Positions 45,271-61,600 of a DNA stretch of 64,000 nt are shown here, in pieces. Each line of letters opens with the position of its first letter. The first letter of the stretch is position 1. The stretch comes from Eledone cirrhosa (Eukaryota): positions 6,138,001-6,202,000 of the forward strand of contig OZ024759.1 of NCBI GenBank assembly GCA_964016885.1. Direction: 5' to 3'. The position numbers were made by a program, and so were the translations under genes. The notes under the pieces are model-generated. The model ran no database searches. It worked only from the letters and a program-made list of their open reading frames with translations, and was not told the DNA's origin.

Positions 45271-48200
45271 CATTAAATATTAAAGTCTTTACTGTAATAC
45301 TGTAAATATTCAAAACAATCTGTCCACCAGTAAAGATACTATAAACATTTAGTACAAAACAACACTATGACTACATCACAAAGTCTTTACTGTAATACTG
45401 TAAATATTCACAATAATCTGTATACCAGTAAAGATACTATAAACATTTAGTACAAAACAACACTATGACTACATCACATTAAATATTAAAGTCTTTACTG
45501 TAATACTGTAAATGTTCACAACAATCTGTCCACTAGTAAAGATACTATAAACGTTTAGTACAAAACAACACTATGACTACATCACATTAAATATTAAAGT
45601 CTTTACTGTAATACTGTAAATATTCACAACAATCTGTCCACCAGTAAAGATACTATAAACATTTAGTACAAAACAACACTATGACTACATCACAAAGTCT
45701 TTACTGTAATACTGTAAATATTCACAATAATCTGTCTACCAGTAAAGATACTATAAACATTTAGTACAAAACAACACTATGACTACATCACATTAAATAT
45801 GAAAGTCTTTACTGTAATACTGTAAATGTTCACAACAATCTGTCCACTAGTAAAGATACTATAAACGTTTAGTACAAAACAACACTATGACTACATCACA
45901 TTAAATATTAAAGTCTTTACTGTAATACTGTAAATGTTCACAACAATCTGTCCGCTAGTAAAGATACTATAAACGTTTAGTACAAAACAACACTATGACT
46001 ATATCACATTAAATATTAAAGTCTTTACTGTAATACTGTAAATATTCACAACAATCTGTCCACCAGTAAAGATGCTATAAACATTTAGTACAAAACAACA
46101 CTATGACTACATCACATTAAATATTAAAGTCTTTACTGTAATACTGTAAATGTTCACAACAATCTGTCCACTAGTAAAGATACTATAAACGTTTAGTACA
46201 AAACAAAACTATGACTACATCACATTAAATATTAAAGTCTTTACTGTAATACTGTAAATATTCACAACAATCTGTCCACCAGTTAAGATACTATAAACAT
46301 TTAGTACAAAACAACACTATGACTACATCACATTAAATATTAAAGTATTTACTGTAATACTGTAAATATTCACAACAATCTGTCCACCAGTAAAGATACT
46401 ATAAACATTTAGTACAAAACAACACTTTGACTACATCACATTAAATATTACAGTCTTCACTGTAATACTGTAAATATTCACAACAATCTGTCCACCAGTA
46501 AAGATACTATAAACATTTAGTACAAAACACTATGACTACATCACAATAAATATTAAAGTCTTTACTGTAATACTGTAAATGTTCACAACAATTTGTCTAC
46601 CAGTAAAGATACTATCAACATTTAGTACAAAACAACACTATGACTACATCACATTAAATATTAAAGTCTTTACTGTAATACTGTAAATATTCACAACAAT
46701 ATGTCCACCAGTAAAGATACTATAAACATTTAGTACAAAACAACACTATGACTACATCACATTAAATATTAAAGTCTTTACTGTAATACTGTAAATATTC
46801 ACAACAATCTGTCCACTAGTAAAGATACTATAAACATTGAGTACAAAACAACACTATGACTACATCACATTAAATATTAAAGTCTTTACTGTAATACTGT
46901 AAATGTTCACAACAATCTGTCCACCAGTAAAGATACTATCAACATTTAGTACAAAACAACACTATGACTACATCACATTAAATATTAAAGTCTTTACTGT
47001 AATACTGTAAATATTCACAATAATCTGTCTACTAGTAAAGATACTATAAACATTTAGTACAAAAGAATACTATGACTACATCACATTAAATATTAAAGTC
47101 TTTACTGTAATACTGTAAATATTCACAACAATCTGTCCACCAGTAAAGATACTATAAACATTTAGTACAAAACAACACTGACTACATCACATTAAATATT
47201 GAAGTCTTTATTGTAATACTGTAAATATTCACAACAATCTGCCCACCAGTAAAGATACTATCAACATTTAGTACAAAACAACACTATGACTACATCACAT
47301 TAAATATTAAAGACTTTACTGTAATACTGTAAATGTTCACAACAATCTGTCCACCAGTAAAGATACTATAAACATTTAGTACAAAACAACACTATGACTA
47401 CATCACATTAAATATTAAAGTCTTTACTGTAATACTATAAATATTCACAACAATCTGTCTACTAGTAAAGATACTATAAACATTTAGTACAAAACAATAC
47501 TATGACTACGTCACATTAAATATTAAAGTCTTTACTGTAATACTGTAAATGTTCACAACAATCTGTCCACTAGTAAAGATACTATAAACGTTTAGTACAA
47601 AACAACACTATGACTACATCACATTAAATATTAAAGTCTTTACTGTAATACTGTAAATGTTCACAACAATCTGTCCACTAGTAAAGATACTATAAACGTT
47701 TAGTACAAAACAACACTATGACTATATCACATTAAATATTAAAGTCTTTACTGTAATACTGTAAATATTCACAACAATCTGTCCACCAGTAAAGATACTA
47801 TAAACATTTAGTACAAAACAACACTATGACTACATCACAAAGTCTTTACTGTAATACTGTAAATATTCACAATAATCTGTCTACCAGTAAAGATACTATA
47901 AACATTTAGTACAAAACAACACTATGACTACATCACATTAAATATTAAAGTCTTTACTGTAATACTGTAAATATTCACAACAATCTGTCCACCAGTAAAG
48001 ATACTATAAACATTTAGTACAAAACAACACTATGACTACATCACATTAAATATTAAAGTCTTTACTGTAATACTGTAAATGTTCACAACAATCTGTCCAC
48101 TAGTAAAGATACTATAAACGTTTAGTACAAAACAACACTATGACTACATCACATTAAATATTAAAGTCTTTACTGTAATACTTTAAATATTCACAACAAT

Positions 48201-51200
48201 CTGTCCACCAGTTAAGATACTATAAACATTTAGTACAAAACAACACTATGACTACATCACATTAAATATTAAAGTCTTTACTGTAATACTATAAATATTC
48301 ACAACAATCTGTCTACTAGTAAAGATACTATAAACATTTAGTACAAAACAATACTATGACTACATCACATTAAATATTAAAGTCTTTACTGTAATACTGT
48401 AAATATTCACAACAATATGTCCACCAGTAAAGATACTATAAACATTTAGTACAAAACAACACTATGACTACATCACAAAGTCTTTACTATAATACTGTAA
48501 ATATTCACAATAATCTGCCTACCAGTAAAGATACTAAAAACATTTAGTACAAAACAACACTATGACTACATCACATTAAATATTAAAGTCTTTACTGTAA
48601 TACTGTAAATGTTCACAACAATCTGTCCACTAGTAAAGATACTATAAACGTTTAGTACAAAACAACACTATGACTACATCACATTAAATATTAAAGTCTT
48701 TACTGTAATACTGTAAATATTCACAACAATCTGTCTACTAGTAAAGATACTATAAACATTTAGTACAAAACAATACTGTGACTACATCACATTAAATATT
48801 AAAGTCTTTACTGTAATACTGTAAATGTTCACAACAATCTGTCCACCAGTAAAGATACTATCAACATTTAGTACAAAACAACACTATGACTACATCACAT
48901 TAAATATTAAAGTCTTTACTGTAATACTGTAAATATTCACAACAATCTGTCCACCAGTAAAGATACTATAAACATTTAGTACAAAACAACACTGACTACA
49001 TCACATTAAATATTAAAGTATTTACTGTAATACTGTAAATATTCACAACAATCTGTCCACCAGTAAAGATACTATAAACATTTAGTACAAAACAACACTA
49101 TGACTACATCACATTAAATATTAAAGACTTTACTGTAATACTGTAAATGTTCACAACAATCTGTCCACCAGTAAAGATACTATAAACATTTAGTACAAAA
49201 CAACACTATGACTACATCACATTAAATATTAAAGTCTTTACTGTAATACTATAAATATTCACAACAATCTGTCTACTAGTAAAGATACTATAAACATTTA
49301 GTACAAAACAATACCATGACTACATCACATTAAATATTAAAGTCTTTACTGTAATACTGTAAATATTCACAACAATCTGTCCACCAGTAAAGATACTATA
49401 AACATTTAGTACAAAACAACACTATGACTACATCACATTAAATATTAAAGTCTTTACTGTAATACTGTAAATATTCACAACAATCTGTCTACCAGTAAAG
49501 ATACTATAAACATTTAGTACAAAACAACACTATGACTACATCACATTAAATATTAAAGTCTTTACTGTAATACTGTAAATGTTCACAACAATCTGTCCAC
49601 TAGTAAAGATACTATAAACGTTTAGTACAAAACAACACTATGACTACATCACATTAAATATTAAAGTCTTTACTGTAATACTGTAAATATTCACAACAAT
49701 CTGTCCACCAGTTAAGATACTATAAACATTTAGTACAAAACAACACTATGACTACATCACATTAAATATTAAAGTATTTACTGTAATACTGTAAATATTC
49801 ACAACAATCTGTCCACCAGTAAAGATACTATAAACATTTAGTACAAAACAACACTATGACTACATCACATTAAATATTACAGTCTTTACTGTAATACTGT
49901 AAATATTCACAACAATCTGTCCACCAGTAAAGATACTATAAACATTTAGTACAAAACAACACTATGACTACATCACATTAAATATTAAAGTCTTTACTGT
50001 AATACGATAAATTTCCACAACAATCTGTCTACCAGTAAAGATACTACAAAGATTTAGTACAAAACAACACTATGACTACATCACATTAAATATTAAAGTC
50101 TTTACTGTAATACTGTAAATGTTCACAACAATCTGTCCACCAGTAAAGATACTATAAACATTTAGTACAAAACAACACTATGACTACATCACATTAAATA
50201 TTAAAGTCTTTACTGTAATACTGTAAATATTCACAACAATCTGTCCACTAGTAAAGATACTATAAACATTGAGTACAAAACAACACTATGACTACATCAC
50301 ATTAAATATTAAAGTCTTTACTGTAATACTGTAAATGTTCACAACAATCTGTCCACCAGTAAAGATACTATCAACATTTAGTACAAAACAACACTATGAC
50401 TACATCACATTAAATATTAAAGTCTTTACTGTAATACTGTAAATATTCACAATAATCTGTCTACTAGTAAAGATACTATAAACATTTAGTACAAAAGAAT
50501 ACTATGACTACATCACATTAAATATTAAAGTCTTTACTGTAATACTGTAAATATTCACAACAATCTGTCCACCAGTAAAGATACTATAAACATTTAGTAC
50601 AAAACAACACTGACTACATCACATTAAATATTGAAGTCTTTATTGTAATACTGTAAATATTCACAACAATCTGTCCACCAGTAAAGATACTATCAACATT
50701 TAGTACAAAACAACACTATGACTACATCACATTAAATATTAAAGACTTTACTGTAATACTGTAAATGTTCACAACAATCTGTCCACCAGTAAAGATACTA
50801 TAAACATTTAGTACAAAACAACACTATGACTACATCACATTAAATATTAAAGTCTTTACTGTAATACTATAAATATTCACAACAATCTGTCTACTAGTAA
50901 AGATACTATAAACATTTAGTACAAAACAATACCATGACTACATCACATTAAATATTAAAGTCTTTACTGTAATACTGTAAATATTCACAACAATCTCTCC
51001 ACCAGTAAAGATACTATCAACATTTAGTACAAAACAACACTATGACTACATCACATTAAATATTAAAGTCTTTACTGTAATACTATAAATATTCACAACA
51101 ATCTGTCTACTAGTAAAGATACTATAAACATTTAGTACAAAACAATACTATGACTACGTCACATTAAATATTAAAGTCTTTACTGTAATACTGTAAATGT

Positions 51201-52660
51201 TCACAACAATCTGTCCACTAGTAAAGATACTATAAACGTTTAGTACAAAACAACACTATGACTACATCACATTAAATATTAAAGTCTTTACTGTAATACT
51301 GTAAATATTCACAACAATCTGTCCACCAGTAAAGATACTATAAACATTTAGTACAAAACAACACTATGACTACATCACATTAAATATTACAGTCTTTACT
51401 GTAATACTGTAAATATTCACAACAATCTGTCCACCAGTAAAGATACTATAAACATTTAGTACAAAACAACACTATGACTACATCACAAAGTCTTTACTGT
51501 AATACTGTAAATATTCACAATAATCTGTCTACCAGTAAAGATACTATAAACATTTAGTACAAAACAACACTATGACTACATCACATTAAATATTAAAGTC
51601 TTTACTGTAATACTGTAAATGTTCACAACAATCTGTCCACTAGTAAAGATACTATAAACGTTTAGTACAAAACAACACTATGACTACATCACATTAAATA
51701 TTAAAGTCTTTACTGTAATACTGTAAATGTTCACAACAATCTGTCCACTAGTAAAGATACTATAAACGTTTAGTACAAAACAACACTATGACTATATCAC
51801 ATTAAATATTAAAGTCTTTACTGTAATACTGTAAATATTCACAACAATCTGTCCACCAGTAAAGATACTATAAAAATTTAGTACAAAACAACACTATGAC
51901 TACATCACATTAAATATTAAAGTCTTTACTGTAATACTGTAAATGTTCACAACAATCTGTCCACTAGTAAAGATACTATAAACGTTTAGTACAAAACAAA
52001 ACTATGACTACATCACATTAAATATTAAAGTCTTTACTGTAATACTGTAAATATTCACAACAATCTGTCCACCAGTTAAGATACTATAAACATTTAGTAC
52101 AAAACAACACTATGACTACATCACATTAAATATTAAAGTATTTACTGTAATACTGTAAATATTCACAACAATCTGTCCACCAGTAAAGATACTATAAACA
52201 TTTAGTACAAAACAACACTTTGACTACATCACATTAAATATTACAGTCTTTACTGTAATACTGTAAATATTCACAACAATCTGTCCACCAGTAAAGATAC
52301 TATAAACATTTAGTACAAAACACTATGACTACATCACATTAAATATTAAAGTCTTTACTGTAATACTGTAAATATTCACAACAATCTGTCCACCAGTAAA
52401 GATACTATAAACATTTAGTACAAAAGAATACTATGACTACATCACATTAAATATTAAAGTCTTTACTGTAATACTGTAAATGTTCACAACAATTTGTCTA
52501 CCAGTAAAGATACTATCAACATTTAGTACAAAACAACACTATGACTACATCACATTAAATATTAAAGTCTTTACTGTAATACTATAAATATTCACAACAA
52601 TCTGTCTACTAGTAAAGATACTATAAACATTTAGTACAAAACAATACTATGACTACATCA
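45271..52660 (+). repeat. HOR type A, further copy (69 monomers, 7390 bp)
   Basis: TCCGCTAG at 45951 and 53341 (+7390). Same marker order as 1-7488 except for one missing 98-bp monomer near 48040 (7488-98=7390). Confidence 0.9.
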
Positions 52661-55600
52661 CATTAAATATTAAAGTCTTTACTGTAATACTGTAAATATT
52701 CAAAACAATCTGTCCACCAGTAAAGATACTATAAACATTTAGTACAAAACAACACTATGACTACATCACAAAGTCTTTACTGTAATACTGTAAATATTCA
52801 CAATAATCTGTATACCAGTAAAGATACTATAAACATTTAGTACAAAACAACACTATGACTACATCACATTAAATATTAAAGTCTTTACTGTAATACTGTA
52901 AATGTTCACAACAATCTGTCCACTAGTAAAGATACTATAAACGTTTAGTACAAAACAACACTATGACTACATCACATTAAATATTAAAGTCTTTACTGTA
53001 ATACTGTAAATATTCACAACAATCTGTCCACCAGTAAAGATACTATAAACATTTAGTACAAAACAACACTATGACTACATCACAAAGTCTTTACTGTAAT
53101 ACTGTAAATATTCACAATAATCTGTCTACCAGTAAAGATACTATAAACATTTAGTACAAAACAACACTATGACTACATCACATTAAATATGAAAGTCTTT
53201 ACTGTAATACTGTAAATGTTCACAACAATCTGTCCACTAGTAAAGATACTATAAACGTTTAGTACAAAACAACACTATGACTACATCACATTAAATATTA
53301 AAGTCTTTACTGTAATACTGTAAATGTTCACAACAATCTGTCCGCTAGTAAAGATACTATAAACGTTTAGTACAAAACAACACTATGACTATATCACATT
53401 AAATATTAAAGTCTTTACTGTAATACTGTAAATATTCACAACAATCTGTCCACCAGTAAAGATGCTATAAACATTTAGTACAAAACAACACTATGACTAC
53501 ATCACATTAAATATTCAAGTCTTTACTGTAATACTGTAAATGTTCACAACAATCTGTCCACTAGTAAAGATACTATAAACGTTTAGTACAAAACAAAACT
53601 ATGACTACATCACATTAAATATTAAAGTCTTTACTGTAATACTGTAAATATTCACAACAATCTGTCCACCAGTTAAGATACTATAAACATTTAGTACAAA
53701 ACAACACTATGACTACATCACATTAAATATTAAAGTATTTACTGTAATACTGTAAATATTCACAACAATCTGTCCACCAGTAAAGATACTATAAACATTT
53801 AGTACAAAACAACACTTTGACTACATCACATTAAATATTACAGTCTTCACTGTAATACTGTAAATATTCACAACAATCTGTCCACCAGTAAAGATACTAT
53901 AAACATTTAGTACAAAACACTATGACTACACACAATAAATATTAAAGTCTTTACTGTAATACTGTAAATGTTCACAACAATTTGTCTACCAGTAAAGATA
54001 CTATCAACATTTAGTACAAAACAACACTATGACTACATCACATTAAATATTAAAGTCTTTACTGTAATACTGTAAATATTCACAACAATATGTCCACCAG
54101 TAAAGATACTATAAACATTTAGTACAAAACAACACTATGACTACATCACATTAAATATTAAAGTCTTTACTGTAATACTGTAAATATTCACAACAATCTG
54201 TCCACTAGTAAAGATACTATAAACATTGAGTACAAAACAACACTATGACTACATCACATTAAATATTAAAGTCTTTACTGTAATACTGTAAATGTTCACA
54301 ACAATCTGTCCACCAGTAAAGATACTATCAACATTTAGTACAAAACAACACTATGACTACATCACATTAAATATTAAAGTCTTTACTGTAATACTGTAAA
54401 TATTCACAATAATCTGTCTACTAGTAAAGATACTATAAACATTTAGTACAAAAGAATACTATGACTACATCACATTAAATATTAAAGTCTTTACTGTAAT
54501 ACTGTAAATATTCACAACAATCTGTCCACCAGTAAAGATACTATAAACATTTAGTACAAAACAACACTGACTACATCACATTAAATATTGAAGTCTTTAT
54601 TGTAATACTGTAAATATTCACAACAATCTGCCCACCAGTAAAGATACTATCAACATTTAGTACAAAACAACACTATGACTACATCACATTAAATATTAAA
54701 GACTTTACTGTAATACTGTAAATGTTCACAACAATCTGTCCACCAGTAAAGATACTATAAACATTTAGTACAAAACAACACTATGACTACATCACATTAA
54801 ATATTAAAGTCTTTACTGTAATACTATAAATATTCACAACAATCTGTCTACTAGTAAAGATACTATAAACATTTAGTACAAAACAATACTATGACTACGT
54901 CACATTAAATATTAAAGTCTTTACTGTAATACTGTAAATGTTCACAACAATCTGTCCACTAGTAAAGATACTATAAACGTTTAGTACAAAACAACACTAT
55001 GACTACATCACATTAAATATTAAAGTCTTTACTGTAATACTGTAAATGTTCACAACAATCTGTCCACTAGTAAAGATACTATAAACGTTTAGTACAAAAC
55101 AACACTATGACTATATCACATTAAATATTAAAGTCTTTACTGTAATACTGTAAATATTCACAACAATCTGTCCACCAGTAAAGATACTATAAACATTTAG
55201 TACAAAACAACACTATGACTACATCACAAAGTCTTTACTGTAATACTGTAAATATTCACAATAATCTGTCTACCAGTAAAGATACTATAAACATTTAGTA
55301 CAAAACAACACTATGACTACATCACATTAAATATTAAAGTCTTTACTGTAATACTGTAAATATTCACAACAATCTGTCCACCAGTAAAGATACTATAAAC
55401 ATTTAGTACAAAACAACACTATGACTACATCACAAAGTCTTTACTGTAATACTGTAAATATTCACAACAATCTGTCCACCAGTAAAGATACTATAAACAT
55501 TTAGTACAAAACAACACTATGACTACATCACATTAAATATTAAAGTCTTTACTGTAATACTGTAAATGTTCACAACAATCTGTCCACTAGTAAAGATACT

Positions 55601-58600
55601 ATAAACGTTTAGTACAAAACAACACTATGACTACATCACATTAAATATTAAAGTCTTTACTGTAATACTTTAAATATTCACAACAATCTGTCCACCAGTT
55701 AAGATACTATAAACATTTAGTACAAAACAACACTATGACTACATCACATTAAATATTAAAGTCTTTACTGTAATACTATAAATATTCACAACAATCTGTC
55801 TACTAGTAAAGATACTATAAACATTTAGTACAAAACAATACTATGACTACATCACATTAAATATTAAAGTCTTTACTGTAATACTGTAAATATTCACAAC
55901 AATATGTCCACCAGTAAAGATACTATAAACATTTAGTACAAAACAACACTATGACTACATCACAAAGTCTTTACTGTAATACTGTAAATATTCACAATAA
56001 TCTGCCTACCAGTAAAGATACTAAAAACATTTAGTACAAAACAACACTATGACTACATCACATTAAATATTAAAGTCTTTACTGTAATACTGTAAATGTT
56101 CACAACAATCTGTCCACTAGTAAAGATACTATAAACGTTTAGTACAAAACAACACTATGACTACATCACATTAAATATTAAAGTCTTTACTGTAATACTG
56201 TAAATATTCACAACAATCTGTCTACTAGTAAAGATACTATAAACATTTAGTACAAAACAATACTGTGACTACATCACATTAAATATTAAAGTCTTTACTG
56301 TAATACTGTAAATGTTCACAACAATCTGTCCACCAGTAAAGATACTATCAACATTTAGTACAAAACAACACTATGACTACATCACATTAAATATTAAAGT
56401 CTTTACTGTAATACTGTAAATATTCACAACAATCTGTCCACCAGTAAAGATACTATAAACATTTAGTACAAAACAACACTGACTACATCACATTAAATAT
56501 TAAAGTATTTACTGTAATACTGTAAATATTCACAACAATCTGTCCACCAGTAAAGATACTATAAACATTTAGTACAAAACAACACTATGACTACATCACA
56601 TTAAATATTAAAGACTTTACTGTAATACTGTAAATGTTCACAACAATCTGTCCACCAGTAAAGATACTATAAACATTTAGTACAAAACAACACTATGACT
56701 ACATCACATTAAATATTAAAGTCTTTACTGTAATACTATAAATATTCACAACAATCTGTCTACTAGTAAAGATACTATAAACATTTAGTACAAAACAATA
56801 CCATGACTACATCACATTAAATATTAAAGTCTTTACTGTAATACTGTAAATATTCACAACAATCTGTCCACCAGTAAAGATACTATAAACATTTAGTACA
56901 AAACAACACTATGACTACATCACATTAAATATTAAAGTCTTTACTGTAATACTGTAAATATTCACAACAATCTGTCTACCAGTAAAGATACTATAAACAT
57001 TTAGTACAAAACAACACTATGACTACATCACATTAAATATTAAAGTCTTTACTGTAATACTGTAAATGTTCACAACAATCTGTCCACTAGTAAAGATACT
57101 ATAAACGTTTAGTACAAAACAACACTATGACTACATCACATTAAATATTAAAGTCTTTACTGTAATACTGTAAATGTTCACAACAATCTGTCCACTAGTA
57201 AAGATACTATAAACGTTTAGTACAAAACAACACTATGACTACATCACATTAAATATTAAAGTCTTTACTGTAATACTGTAAATATTCACAACAATCTGTC
57301 CACCAGTTAAGATACTATAAACATTTAGTACAAAACAACACTATGACTACATCACATTAAATATTAAAGTATTTACTGTAATACTGTAAATATTCACAAC
57401 AATCTGTCCACCAGTAAAGATACTATAAACATTTAGTACAAAACAACACTATGACTACATCACATTAAATATTACAGTCTTTACTGTAATACTGTAAATA
57501 TTCACAACAATCTGTCCACCAGTAAAGATACTATAAACATTTAGTACAAAACACTATGACTACATCACATTAAATATTAAAGTCTTTACTGTAATACTGT
57601 AAATATTCACAACAATCTGTCCACCAGTAAAGATACTATAAACATTTAGTACAAAAGAATACTATGACTACATCACATTAAATATTAAAGTCTTTACTGT
57701 AATACTGTAAATGTTCACAACAATTTGTCTACCAGTAAAGATACTATCAACATTTAGTACAAAACAACACTATGACTACATCACATTGAATATTAAAGTC
57801 TTTACTGTAATACTGTAAATATTCACAACAATCTGTCTACTAGTAAAGATACTATAAACATTTAGTACAAAAGAATACTGTGACTACATCACATTAAATA
57901 TTAAAGTCTTTACTGTAATACTGTAAATATTCACAACAATCTGTCCACCAGTAAAGATACTATAAACATTTAGTACAAAACAACACTATGACTACATCAC
58001 ATTAAATATTAAAGTCTTTACTGTAATACTATAAATTTCCACAACAATCTGTCTACCAGTAAAGATACTACAAAGATTTAGTACAAAACAACACTATGAC
58101 TACATCACATTAAATATTAAAGTCTTTACTGTAATACTGTAAATGTTCACAACAATCTGTCCACTAGTAAAGATACTATAAACGTTTAGTACAAAACAAC
58201 ACTATGACTATATCACATTAAATATTAAAGTCTTTACTGTAATACTGTAAATATTCACAACAATCTGTCCACCAGTTAAGATACTATAAACATTTAGTAC
58301 AAAACAACACTATGACTACATCACATTAAATATTAAAGTCTTTACTGTAATACTGTAAATATTCACAACAATCTGTCCACCAGTAAAGATACTATAAACA
58401 TTTAGTACAAAACAACACTGACTACATCACATTAAATATTGAAGTCTTTATTGTAATACTGTAAATATTCACAACAATCTGTCCACCAGTAAAGATACTA
58501 TAAACATTTAGTACAAAACAATACTATGACTACATCACATTAAATATTAAAGTCTTTACTGTAATACTGTAAATATTCACAACAATCTGTCCACCAGTAA

Positions 58601-61600
58601 AGATACTATCAACATTTAGTACAAAACAACACTATGACTACATCACATTAAATATTAAAGTCTTTACTGTAATACTATAAATATTCACAACAATCTGTCT
58701 ACTAGTAAAGATACTATAAACATTTAGTACAAAACAATACTATGACTACATCACATTAAATATTAAAGTCTTTACTGTAATACCGTAAATATTCACAACA
58801 ATATGTCCACCAGTAAAGATACTATAAACATTTAGTACAAAACAACACTATGACTACATCACATTAAATATTAAAGTCTTTACTGTAATACTGTAAATGT
58901 TCACAACAATCTGTCCACTAGTAAAGATACTATAAACGTTTAGTACAAAACAACACTATGACTACATCACATTAAATATTAAAGTCTTTACTGTAATACT
59001 GTAAATATTCACAACAATCTGTCTACTAGTAAAGATACTATAAACATTTAGTACAAAACAATACTGTGACTACATCACATTAAATATTAAAGTCTTTACT
59101 GTAATACTGTAAATGTTCACAACAATCTGTCCACCAGTAAAGATACTATAAACATTTAGTACAAAACAACACTGACTACATCACATTAAATATTAAAGTC
59201 TTTACTGTAATACTATAAATTTTCACAACAATCTGTCTACTAGTAAAGATACGATAAACATTTAGTACAAAACAACACTATGAATACATCACATTAAATA
59301 TTACAGTCTTTACTGTAATACTGTAAATGTTCACAACAATCTGTCTACCAGTAAAGATACTATCAACATTTAGTACAAAACAACACTATGACTACATCAC
59401 ATTAAATATTAAAATCTTTACTGTAATACTGTAAATATTCACAACAATCTGTCCACCAGTAAAGATACTATAAACATTTAGTACAAAACAACACTATGAC
59501 TACATCACATTAAATATTAAAGTCTTTACTGTAATACTGTAAATATTCACAACAATCTGTCCACCAGTAAAGATACTATAAACATTTAGTACAAAACAAC
59601 ACTATGACTACATCACATTAAATATTACAGTCTTTACTGTAATACTGTAAATGTTCACAACAATCTGTCTACCAGTAAAGATACTATAAACATTTAGTAC
59701 AAAACAACACTATGACTACATCACATTCAATATTAATGTCTTTACTGTAATACTGTAAATGTTCACAACAATCTGTCCACCAGTAAAGATACTATAAACA
59801 TTTAGTACAAAACAACACTATGACTACATCACATTAAATATTAAAGTCTTTACTGTAATACTATAAATTTTCACAACCATCTGTATACTAGTAAAGATAC
59901 TATAAACATTTAGTACAAAACAACACTATGACTACATCACATTAAATATTAAAGTCTTTACTGTAATACTGTAAATATTCACAACAATCTGTCCACCAGT
60001 AAAGATACTATAAACATTTAGTACAAAACAACACTATGACTACATCACATTAAATATTACAGTCTTTACTGTAATACTGTAAATGTTCACAACAATCTGT
60101 CTACCAGTAAAGATACTATAAACATTTAGTACAAAACAACACTATGACTACACCACATTCAATATTAAAGTCTTTACTGTAATACTATAAATTTACACAA
60201 CAATCTGTCCACTAGTAAAGATACTATAAACAATTAGTACAAAACAACACTATGACTACATCACATTAAATATTAAAGTCTTTACTGTAATACTATAAAT
60301 TTCCACAACAATCTGTCTACCAGTAAAGATACTATAAACATTTAGTACAAAACAACACTATGACTACATCACATTAAATATTAATGTCTTTACTGTAAAT
60401 GTTCACAACAATCTGTCCACCAGTAAAGATACTATAAACATTTAGTACAAAACAACACTATGACTACATCACATTAAATATTAAAGTCTTTACTGTAATA
60501 CTGTAAATGTTCACAACAATCTGTCCACTAGTAAAGATACTATAAACGTTTAGTACAAAACAACACTATGACTATATCACATTAAATATTAAAGTCTTTA
60601 CTGTAATACTGTAAATATTCACAACAATCTGTCCACCAGTAAAGATACTATAAACATTTAGTACAAAACAACACTGACTACATCACAAAGTCTTTACTGT
60701 AATACTGTAAATATTCACAATAATCTGTCTACCAGTAAAGATACTATAAACATTTAGTACAAAACAACACTATGACTACATCACATTAAATATTAAAGTC
60801 TTTACTGTAATACTGTAAATGTTCACAACAATCTGTCCACTAGTAAAGATACTATAAACGTTTAGTACAAAACAACACTATGACTACATCACATTAAATA
60901 TTAAAGTCTTTACTGTAATACTTTAAATATTCACAACAATCTGTCCACCAGTTAAGATACTATAAACATTTAGTACAAAACAACACTATGACTACATCAC
61001 ATTAAATATTAAAGTCTTTACTGTAATACTATAAATATTCACAACAATCTGTCTACTAGTAAAGATACTATAAACATTTAGTACAAAACAATACTATGAC
61101 TACATCACATTAAATATTAAAGTCTTTACTGTAATACTGTAAATATTCACAACAATATGTCCACCAGTAAAGATACTATAAACATTTAGTACAAAACAAC
61201 ACTATGACTACATCACAAAGTCTTTACTGTAATACTGTAAATATTCACAATAATCTGCCTACCAGTAAAGATACTATAAACATTTAGTACAAAACAACAC
61301 TATGACTACATCACATTAAATATTAAAGTCTTTACTGTAATACTGTAAATATTCACAACAATCTGTCCACCAGTAAAGATACTATCAACATTTAGTACAA
61401 AACAACACTATGACTACATCACATTAAATATTAAAGTCTTTACTGTAATACTGTAAATATTCACAACAATCTGTCCACTAGTTAAGATACTATAAACATT
61501 TAGTACAAAACAACACTATGACTACATCACATTAAATATTAAAGTATTTACTGTAATACTGTAAATATTCACAACAATCTGTCCACCAGTAAAGATACTA

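Noticed and set aside
4660-53930. Singleton variants (4660, 12450, 16708, 48489, 53516, ~53930)
   Set aside because: They cannot be distinguished from sequencing or consensus errors without reads; useful only as anchors.
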